From contig JAYGDX010000260.1 of NCBI GenBank assembly GCA_046582655.1, positions 1 to 15,480 on the forward strand: a stretch of DNA of 15,480 nucleotides. The letters run 5' to 3'. Source of the DNA: Candidatus Poribacteria bacterium (GTDB lineage: Bacteria > Poribacteria > WGA-4E > UBA9662). Numbering within the stretch: the stretch's first letter is position 1; every line of letters starts with the position of its first letter. The position numbers and the translations under genes were made by a program. A model generated the notes under the pieces. That model was not told where the DNA came from and ran no database searches. It worked only from the letters and a program-made list of their open reading frames with translations. Of the stretch, positions 8,267 to 15,480 are shown piece by piece.

Positions 8267-10771
8267 ATGGAAAAAAAAAGAGGAAGACAAAAGCAACAAA
8301 GCGACTTGGACACTAACAGAATAGTTGCAAAAGTAGGTTCACACGCTGATATTGACGCCGAATTGCATAAAGCCCTTTCATTCCATCAGGCTGGCTGTTT
8401 ACAGCAAGCAGAAGAAGGATATAGAAGGATCCTTAAGGTAAATCCCCAAAGTGAAGATGCCTTGCATCTCTTGGGTGTTTTAATCTTCCAGTTGGGCCGA
8501 TACGATACTGCTTCCAATTTGATTCGTCAAGCCATTGAATTAAACCCTGAACAATCGATCTTTTTTGATAGCCTTGGCACTGTATTGAAAGAACAGAAGG
8601 ATACAGAGAAAGCTATGGAAGCATACGATAGAGCTCTTGAAATTGATCCGAATAACTTTAAGACTTGTAATAATCTTGGTATCCTACTGCAAGAAATTGG
8701 AAGGTATCAGGAATCGGTCCAAATTTTTCGTAAGGCAGTTGAAATTAACCCAAGATATGATGAGGCAATTTATAGTCTGGGACTGGTATTACAAACACAA
8801 GGTAATTTAGAAGAATCAATTCAGAGTTATAACAGAGTAATTGAAATCAACCCTCACCATATTGGAGCTTACAATAATCTTGGTAATGTTCTCAGAGCTA
8901 ACAACCAATTTGAACAGGCAATTCAAGTGTTCAAACAAGCGTTAAGTATCAACCCTCATGTAGCTGAAATTCACAATAATTTAGGTGCGGTACTAAAAGC
9001 TGTAGGACAGATTGAAGGAGCGATTCAAGCTTATCAAAAATCTGTTGCAATTAACCCTGATTATCCTGAAGCACATTATAATTTGGGTATAGCATTGGAA
9101 GAACTCGGTGACCTGGGTGATGCTTTCGCCTCTTACCAAACGGCGGTTCGACTTGCACCTAATAAAACTTCTCTTTGGATTAATTTTGCCAATGTGTGTC
9201 AATTTACTCGTCCTACAGGTCAAAGCGACCAATTGAAGCACGATTTAATTAATTGTTTGCATGCCGATGGAGTTGAACACCAGCCGATAGGGAAATTTGT
9301 TGCCTCTTTTCTGAAAGCCTCACCCGTTTTCCAAGAAGTAATTTTTGCGAGTGAATCTAAAACGTCAAACGAATTTTTAGATTACATGTTAGAAAACAGT
9401 CAAACGAATGGTTTGTTTTTGGATGACTTAATTATGATTTTGTTGACTAAAGTGATTATCGAGGATCTAACTATAGAAAAATTATTAACCAAGATTCGTA
9501 ATTTTCTTCTGGATGAAATTGTTAAAAACCTAGATTCAGGCCAATTTGATTTTACCAACACTCACTTTATAAATGCACTAGCAAGTCAATCCTTTTTAAA
9601 CGAATATGTCTATGTAGTGAGCGAAGAGGAAGTTTCAAAGATTGACATAGTAAAAAAACATGTAGAATCAAAAGTAGAAAACATCAAACTTAGAGAAAAA
9701 GTACTTATTGGTATTCTCAGTTGCTATATACCAGCTTATGAACTAAATAATGCAGAGGAAATCTTATTCCTTGGCAAACAAGCGGGGGATTCTTCCTTCT
9801 TAAATTTGCTGGTGCTTCAAATTGAGGAGCCTTTGATTGAGTTGGGAATACGTCAAAAAATTCCCGCCACAGGCAAGGTTCAGAACAATATTTCTGAAAA
9901 AATAAAGCTTCAATACGAGGAAAATCCTTATCCTCGCTGGGTTAGTAGCCATCAACATACTCCTCAATCTTTCCCCTCGAGGATAAAACGAGAGTTTCCT
10001 CATTTAAGTCTAAATGGTCATGAACGGTTGCAGTCACCTCAAGTCCTAGTTGCTGGGTGTGGAACGGGTAAACACGCCATTCAAACAGCTTTACAATTGA
10101 AGAATTCCTTAGTAACAGCTATTGATTTAAGTCTAACCAGCCTTGCATATGCTGAGCGGAAAACTCGCGAGCTAGGGATTAACAACATCAAATATCTGCA
10201 AGTTGATATCTTAGATCTAAAAGGGTGGAATACAACTTTTGATATTATTGAGTGTGTTGGTGTTTTACACCATATGGAAGATCCATTTTATGGTTGGCAG
10301 CTATTAACTGATTTATTAAATCCACATGGATTTATGTTTATTGGACTCTATAGCAAACTGGCACGACGCGCAATTGTGGAGACGCGAAACTTCATCCAAG
10401 ATAAAGGATATTCAGCAACGAAAACTGACATACGTCGTTGCCGCCAAGAGATCATATCTATGAAAAACAGTCCCATAAATGACGTTTGTCGTCAGTCACC
10501 TAATTTTTATACGCTTTCGTCATGTCGTGATCTGATTTTTAATCTTCATGAAGAATACTTTACCCTTCCACAAATTGATGGAATGCTAAAAGAACTTAAT
10601 CTGGAATTTGTTGGATTTAACACAAGAGATAAACGGGTTAAAAAAAGATACTCTGAACGTTTTCCGGAAGATATTTTTGCTGATTCCTTCTCAAACTGGC
10701 ACCAGTATGAGAAGGAATATCCAGATACTTTTGCAGGTATGTATCAGTTCTGGGTTAAACAAAAACTTTAA
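8267..10771 (+). CDS. TPR-repeat protein with C-terminal class I SAM-dependent methyltransferase domain
   Basis: About 8 N-terminal TPRs, a helical middle region, then QYEENPYPRW, VLVAGCGTG (motif I), AIDLSLTSLAYA, FDIIECVGVLHHMEDP, IGLYSKLAR, CRDLIF and MYQFW. Confidence 0.92.
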   Translation: MEKKRGRQKQQSDLDTNRIVAKVGSHADIDAELHKALSFHQAGCLQQAEEGYRRILKVNPQSEDALHLLGVLIFQLGRYDTASNLIRQAIELNPEQSIFFDSLGTVLKEQKDTEKAMEAYDRALEIDPNNFKTCNNLGILLQEIGRYQESVQIFRKAVEINPRYDEAIYSLGLVLQTQGNLEESIQSYNRVIEINPHHIGAYNNLGNVLRANNQFEQAIQVFKQALSINPHVAEIHNNLGAVLKAVGQIEGAIQAYQKSVAINPDYPEAHYNLGIALEELGDLGDAFASYQTAVRLAPNKTSLWINFANVCQFTRPTGQSDQLKHDLINCLHADGVEHQPIGKFVASFLKASPVFQEVIFASESKTSNEFLDYMLENSQTNGLFLDDLIMILLTKVIIEDLTIEKLLTKIRNFLLDEIVKNLDSGQFDFTNTHFINALASQSFLNEYVYVVSEEEVSKIDIVKKHVESKVENIKLREKVLIGILSCYIPAYELNNAEEILFLGKQAGDSSFLNLLVLQIEEPLIELGIRQKIPATGKVQNNISEKIKLQYEENPYPRWVSSHQHTPQSFPSRIKREFPHLSLNGHERLQSPQVLVAGCGTGKHAIQTALQLKNSLVTAIDLSLTSLAYAERKTRELGINNIKYLQVDILDLKGWNTTFDIIECVGVLHHMEDPFYGWQLLTDLLNPHGFMFIGLYSKLARRAIVETRNFIQDKGYSATKTDIRRCRQEIISMKNSPINDVCRQSPNFYTLSSCRDLIFNLHEEYFTLPQIDGMLKELNLEFVGFNTRDKRVKKRYSERFPEDIFADSFSNWHQYEKEYPDTFAGMYQFWVKQKL

Positions 10772-10807
10772 CTTGGAAGATCCATTTTAGCTGATAATTT
10801 GTGCCTT

Positions 10808-12422
10808 ATGTCAGAAAAATACGAGATGATTTTGAACGAACCAGATCAGGATCATAGTAAATTACTGTGTGATACCAAGATTGCTTTACAGCAAGCATGT
10901 TTTCACCATCAGCAGGGTGAGCTAGAACATGCCAAAGTTATCTATCATCAGATATTAGCAATCGAGCCGGAAAATCCGGATGCGCTACATTTATTGGGCG
11001 TTATAGCTTACCAAAACCATAATTATAAAGACGGAATCAAACTGATTTCTCGAGCTATTGAAATTGATCCAAGCCAATCATCATTCTTTAATAGCTTGGC
11101 CAATGTCCTAAAAGAATCTGGCCAGTATCAACAGGCTTTGGAAGCCTATAACCATGCCGCTACCATCAATCCACAGGATGAACTGGTGTATAATAATATT
11201 GGTGTCTTAAAACATGAACAGGGAAAACTAGATCAAGCTATCAATGCGTACAGAAAAGCAATCGCTATCAATCCTAATTATTTTGAGGGGTATAGTAATT
11301 TGGGGATTGCATTCAAAGAGCAAGGAAAGTTAGATCAGGCGATTGAATCATATCAACAAGCTATTGTTATCAATCCCAACTACTCCGTGGGACATAATAA
11401 CTTAGGACTTGCATTGACAGAACAGGGGGAATTAGATCAAGCTATTGATGCATACCAACAAGCAATTCAAGCCGATCCCTATTACATTGAAGCTTACAAT
11501 AACATGAGTTATTTGGAACTGTTACGTGGGGATTATGCAGAAGGTTGGTATCATTACATGGCCAGGAAAATTAAGCCCATTGATAAATTATTGCCTTTTG
11601 ATAAATCTGGTACTGATTTGTCCCAAAATTTTTTTTATCCACGAACAAGGGTTAGGAGATGAAATTTTCTTTCTTCGTTTCGTTCCCCAACTTAAATTAA
11701 GAAAAGCATATGTCATCTACCAATCACATCCTAAACTTGTTAATTTGATTACCCAACTTGCCTTTATCGATCAGGTTGTTGTTTCTCAGAATTTACCGAT
11801 AAAACCTGACCTGACGTTTTCCGTGGCAGATCTGCCGTTTTTGATGGGTATGAAAAGCATTGCTGAAATCCCACCTCCAGTTTTCTTTCCTGGTGTTGCT
11901 GAAGATAGATCCATGATATTGGGTGAACTAGTTGATTATGGACCACCACCGTATGTTGGAGTAACTTGGCGAGCTGGAACGAAAACATTTCGCCGGACAC
12001 GCTTCCTGTATTTGCATAAGGAAGTTTCTCCAGAAGTCATTGCTCTTCTGCTCAAGGACATCGATGCTACAATACTTATCTTGCAGCGTAACCCAACAAG
12101 ATCCGAATTGAATGAATTTGATGAACACTTGGGGAGAAAAGCTCATGATCTAAGCAGGTTTAACCAAGATTTAGATAATATGGCTAAACTACTGGCATCT
12201 TTGGATGAATATATTGCAGTTAGTAATACCAATGTACACTTACGGGCAGCGGTTGGGAAAACGAGCCGGGTATTGGTTCCTTTTCCACCCGAGTGGCGTT
12301 GGATGGATACGGGTACTGACTCTCCTTGGTATCCGGGGACTGCTTTATATCGACAATCCATGTCGGGGGATTGGACGGAAAGCGTTCGAAGGCTAAAAGA
12401 CGATTTAGCAACTCAATTTTGA
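10808..12422 (+). pseudogene. TPR + GT-B (GT9-like) glycosyltransferase split by a frameshift at a homopolymer tract (may be slippage-regulated or a sequencing error)
   Basis: ORF 10799-11662 holds the TPRs and GW..Y..R...DLSQ. ORF 11526-12422 holds IFFIHEQGLGDEIFFLRF, GVTWRAG, AVSNTNVHLRAAVG and EWRW...SPWYPG. The frames switch at AAAA-TTTTTTTT (11625-11636). The start is uncertain (TTG 10799, ATG 10808 or ATG 10826). Confidence 0.85.
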
Positions 12423-12519
12423 CGTTAGTGTTATAAGTCTTAAACTGAATTATAATCGAGAGGTGTCGAAATATTTCAGATAAACTCTTGGGGTGTCGAC
12501 ATATATAATAAAGTTTATC
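12419..12519 (+). promoter_or_regulatory. Candidate internal promoter/operator region for the GT-A gene
   Basis: TTGACG (12419-12424)-16 nt-TAAACT (12441-12446). TATAAT at 12451 and 12504. Direct repeat GGTGTCGA(A/C)ATAT at 12462 and 12492. Inverted repeat GATAAACT/AGTTTATC at 12479/12512. Confidence 0.4.
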
Positions 12520-12554
12520 AAGTTTAGGGTAATTATTAAACATGGAAACAGGAA

Positions 12555-13256
12555 ATGCACTTGTATATTGGGTTTGATTCTAGCAACTATGGTCAGCAAC
12601 TGGCCTACGAAGTTTGTAAACGATCAGTGCGTAAATATAATCAGGAGGTTGGTATAACACCTCTAGTTTTGACGGATTTACAGGAGCAAGGTATCTTTTC
12701 TCGTGAAGTTGACCCCTTGGCTAGTACGGAGTTTACTTATACAAGATTTTTAGTGCCTTATCTTAGTAACTACCGGGGCTATGCTGCGTTCTGCGACTCA
12801 GATTTTTTGTGGAGGTGTAACATTAGTGAGGTTTTCAATTTTGTTGATGAGACGAAAGCGCTAAGTTGTGTACAGCATGACTATACACCATCAAGTTCGC
12901 TCAAAATGGATGGTAAAGTTCAAACTGTGTATCCAAGGAAAAACTGGTCGAGCCTGATGGTTTTCAATTGTTCACATCAAGATTGTCACAGATTAACTCT
13001 TGAGAATGTAAATCATCAGACACCAAAGTATCTACATCGGTTTGAGTGGTGTGATGATCAGAATTTGGGTTCAGTACCTCTTGGCTATAATTACTTGGTA
13101 GGATACTATGATTCTGGAGATCTTAAAGCGTTACACTTTACGGATGGTGGGCCGTGGCACAAAGATCATAGAAATGTAGATTATGCTGATGAATGGTTGT
13201 CGTTCCTAACTTCGGAAGAAAAACTGAAATTGGATCAGGAGTTAAATGAGAAGTAA
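12555..13256 (+). CDS. GT-A fold nucleotide-diphospho-sugar transferase (GT8-like, resembling plant CDI protein)
   Basis: Motifs: YIGFDS, ASTEFTYTRFLVPYL, DxD motif FCDSDFL, VQHDYTP...KMDGKVQTVYPRKNWSSLMVFNC, YLHRFEW, HFTDGGPW. A purine-rich GGAAACAGGAA precedes the ATG. Confidence 0.88.
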   Translation: MHLYIGFDSSNYGQQLAYEVCKRSVRKYNQEVGITPLVLTDLQEQGIFSREVDPLASTEFTYTRFLVPYLSNYRGYAAFCDSDFLWRCNISEVFNFVDETKALSCVQHDYTPSSSLKMDGKVQTVYPRKNWSSLMVFNCSHQDCHRLTLENVNHQTPKYLHRFEWCDDQNLGSVPLGYNYLVGYYDSGDLKALHFTDGGPWHKDHRNVDYADEWLSFLTSEEKLKLDQELNEK

Positions 13257-13287
13257 GTAGAAGATTGAAAGTTATTATGGGCAAACT

Positions 13288-13343
13288 AATCTGTGACCCA
13301 AAAAATTCAAACTGCATACTTCGTATGTGTTAAGTCGCAGATT
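13288..13343. other. Nested stem-loop downstream of the last cluster gene
   Basis: AATCTGTGAC (13288-13297) pairs with GTCGCAGATT (13334-13343; one G-U) around an inner GCATAC-TTC-GTATGT hairpin, 31 nt after the stop. There is no strong U-tract. Confidence 0.35.
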
Positions 13344-13818
13344 TCTGTTAGCACTAATATAATAGTTTAACATACCGTTTGTCTTACTTGCTGCGTTTGC
13401 AGATTTGTGAAATCGTTAGATTTCGAGGTTTGTTTCCTTCTGTAAACTGGTATTTTCTGTTATGTCTAGGATGTGAAAAAGAGTCGGCACGTCGGAAAAT
13501 TTCCGTCTCCCGCTAAAGAGGAATGCTCACCAAAACGATAATATTGAAGGAAGTGTTGGATTTATATCGCTTGGGAAATGGGAAGCGGATCTAACCTTAA
13601 TTGTTGCCAAATCCACCTTAAATGGAAATGAGGGAATTTAACAGTGAATCGTAAAGTGAAAGTGTTGGTATGTAAGTTGAGTTCTTGTTTTGTGGAACCG
13701 AGTTGTAATCGACCCAATCGGAGTGCTACTTAGTCTTTTTCCAGTATCTCTTGGACAGCACAGGTTGCTATTTAGCGTAAACACTCCCGATTCTTATGCC
13801 GAAGTATTTTTCAATATA

Positions 13819-14475
13819 CCCAACCTGATTCGGGTTGTTAATCTCCAAATCCCTTCATAAATAAGGCTAAACCGTATGTCCAGGTCCAGGTTGACTGGTG
13901 TAGGGCTTCGGTGCAATCGATGCCATATCCATCTTTCTCATCAGCCGTTGCACCCGTTTCCGGTTGACCCGAAATCCTTGATTACGGAGATGCTGGTACA
14001 ATTTCCTACTACCGTAAAATGGGTGCTTGGTATATTCCTCATCCATCAATCTTATTAACTTCAGATTCTTATCATTTTCTTGCGCCGGTTGTCGATAGTA
14101 GCTCGCTGGCGACAGTCCAATTAACTCGCATTGTCGTCGAAGGCTCAGCTTGGGATGATCAGCTTCGATGCATTCTCTCTTTTCGCTTACCGTCAATTGA
14201 GATGCCTGGTCTTTTTTCAGCCAGTCAACTTCGACCTGCAGCTTGCCGATCTGCCGGTAAAGATTATCTTTCTCCTCTTCATGGTTCGGTTCCTTCTTCG
14301 CTTGATTATTGCCGAACGATTCCAGCGGTGCATCAATGGCCTGCTTCTTCCAAGTATTCACCTGAGTCGGATGAAGGCCAAATTCCGCTGCTAGTTCGTT
14401 CACTGGTTTCTGGCTTTTAATCGCTTCGACCGCAACCTTGGCTTTAAGCTCCTTTGAAAATCGCTTCCGTTTCAT
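13819..14475 (-). pseudogene. IS3-family transposase (in-frame OrfA-OrfB fusion), truncated with nonsense codons
   Basis: OrfA: MKRKRFSKELKAKVAVEA...LYRQIGKLQVEVDWLKK. OrfB HTH: LSLRRQCELIGL...HPFYGSRKL...VNRKRVQRLMRKM. Past the ORF end it reads GHTV*PYL*RDLEINNPNQVG (stops at 13867-13869 and 13855-13857). Confidence 0.9.
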
Positions 14476-14512
14476 ACCACTTCTTTTCAGTCAGTCTGTC
14501 TATCTTAACTCA

Positions 14513-14537
14513 CTATCTCATTTATGGGTCCACTATA
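14513..14537 (-). repeat. Left terminal inverted repeat of the IS3-family element
   Basis: The minus strand reads TATAGTGGACCCATAAATGAGATAG, starting 62 nt upstream of the orfA ATG. It resembles IS3-family ends but has terminal TA instead of canonical TG. Confidence 0.65.
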
Positions 14538-14680
14538 GGAGGTAAGCTTCTCCACGTTTCCTGTGAGACGCAGCGTGACTTGGGGAAGACTGTCGTGGTT
14601 AGTTTCATTTCGGTGGTGTTGGGAGTCTGAAAATCTTGGATCTCTCGGATGTTCTCAGATGTTATTTTGGTGCGTTAGTC

Positions 14681-14723
14681 TGTATTTAAGTTTGAATGTT
14701 TAATACATATAGACTTAAATACA
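14681..14723. promoter_or_regulatory. 43-nt inverted repeat upstream of the LamG gene (operator or hairpin)
   Basis: Perfect outer arms TGTATTTAAGT (14681-14691) and ACTTAAATACA (14713-14723). Pairing extends inward to a 5-nt loop with two G-U pairs and one mismatch. Confidence 0.4.
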
Positions 14724-14823
14724 ACCCTGATTATTGGTTAGATACCGCAAAGTTGAAATCAAACCTAAATGCGAAAGGTGAATATAGTGGTTCAAAATGA
14801 AAACAAATGAGGGGGTAATTGTT

Positions 14824-15480
14824 ATGAAAACGACTGTACAGTATTTTTTGATACTAATACTAATCAGCCTAATCGTTGCTTCTTATCTGGTGGGTACTGC
14901 CACGGCAAAAGATAAGAGCGAGGTACCCTATCTCACGTTCGACGATGATAAACCAAAAGACTTGTAGCTGAACAAAACACCCATCGCCAACATTCTGAAG
15001 CCCGACAAGCTAGTGAAGGGCGTCGTAGGTAAAGCCTGGCTGTTTGACAACGACACCACCGTTCTCATTGATCACCAGATTTTCAATGACGCATTTCAGG
15101 AGAGCACATTCTCTGTGTGGCTCAAGGAGCCTGACAAAGAGGGCATCCTCTACGAAGAGGCGGTGGCACCAACGGATACGCTGCGACGTTAGTGGGGGGC
15201 AAAGTTGAGTTTTCTGCACGGGACGGCAGTAGTCAGACGACCATCAAAGCGAATTATCCGTCTGATGGTAAGTGGCATGCTGTCATTACTATATTCGATC
15301 AAGGCACGATGCAGCTTTATATCGACGGAGTGCTCAAAAAAGAGAAGTCCAAAGTTGCCGGAATCGGTGGTCACGGGAACGAGATGGGTATTGGTCAAGT
15401 CAATGGCGGTTCCGCTGGAGGTGTTGTCCCCAAGTTCACGGGCACCATGGACGAATTCCGTATTACCCGAAGGGCACTCA
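14824..15480 (+). pseudogene. Secreted LamG (laminin G / concanavalin A-like jelly-roll) domain protein, disrupted and running off the window
   Basis: RBS GAGGGGGT (14809-14816) and signal peptide MKTTVQYFLILILISLIVASYLVGTATA. Then YLTFDD..KDL* (TAG 14965-14967)...VKGVVGKAWLFD...STFSVWLK...ILYEE, a frameshift at about 15159 (one G missing), and GGGTNGY...DGKWHAVITIFDQGTMQLYIDG...IG...FTGTMDEFRITRRAL, which are typical Laminin_G_3 motifs. Confidence 0.85.

Larger units (their letters stand above)
13819..14537 (-). mobile_element. Truncated IS3-family insertion sequence remnant (left end, orfA and 5' part of orfB)
   Basis: Left-end-like IR, OrfA HTH and OrfB N-terminus are present. Homology stops at ...NNPNQV, before the DDE catalytic core. 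No convincing right IR. Confidence 0.88.

Noticed and set aside
8271..8279. A9 run just after the methyltransferase start (and A8 at 328-335) as phase-variation tracts
   Set aside because: Both are in frame and encode Lys-rich segments. Such runs are expected in AT-rich DNA, and there is no evidence of length variation.
1..11530. CRISPR-like periodic repeats
   Set aside because: The periodicity is the 102-nt TPR coding repeat; there is no identical repeat with unique spacers and no cas gene.
440..12543. Short overlapping or antisense ORFs (440-763, 2090-2281, 2130-2396, 2393-2596, 2705-2921, 3511-3867, 4147-4350, 4847-5104, 6868-7050, 8993-9241, 9800-10003, 10608-10790, 11764-12543)
   Set aside because: Shadow frames of long genes with strong motifs; no recognisable domains.
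13644..13733. 29-aa ORF (GTG start, MNRKVKVLVCKLSSCFVEPSCNRPNRSAT) with GAGGGA upstream
   Set aside because: Too short, no recognisable motif, and in an IS-disturbed region; cannot be distinguished from chance.
13746..13818. Possible collapsed 3' end and inner right IR of the IS3 (minus strand IEKYF...VYAK* then CTGTCCAAGAGAT)
   Set aside because: Similarity is only a few residues or bases, and the terminal GGTCCAC part of the IR is missing.
13876..14420. Plus-strand ORFs overlapping the IS3 transposase
   Set aside because: Antisense shadows of a clearly recognisable transposase.
15010..15398. Two minus-strand 69-aa ORFs
   Set aside because: Antisense to the disrupted LamG gene on the plus strand.

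Overview
AT-rich bacterial locus dominated by a + strand cluster of TPR-repeat/enzyme fusion genes. Three overlapping TPR + GT-B glycosyltransferases resembling Caulobacter FlmG/FlbA come first (<1-1230, 1223-3367, 3367-5748). They are followed by a heavily decayed fossil copy (about 5762-6202) and a lightly damaged copy (6230-7361) of a TPR + SAM methyltransferase gene, then a hairpin-rich ~900 bp spacer. Next are an intact TPR + class I SAM methyltransferase (8267-10771), a fourth divergent TPR + GT-B gene split by a frameshift at an A4T8 tract (10808-12422), and a stand-alone GT-A glycosyltransferase resembling plant CDI/GT8 proteins (12555-13256). The cluster ends at a truncated IS3-family remnant (13819-14537, - strand). 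Beyond it is a more GC-rich, disrupted signal-peptide + LamG-domain gene missed by the ORF track (14824->15480). The best candidate system is a modular TPR-targeted protein glycosylation/methylation cluster that appears to evolve by tandem duplication, TPR shuffling, gene conversion and decay. Family assignments come from motif recognition by eye, not database searches.
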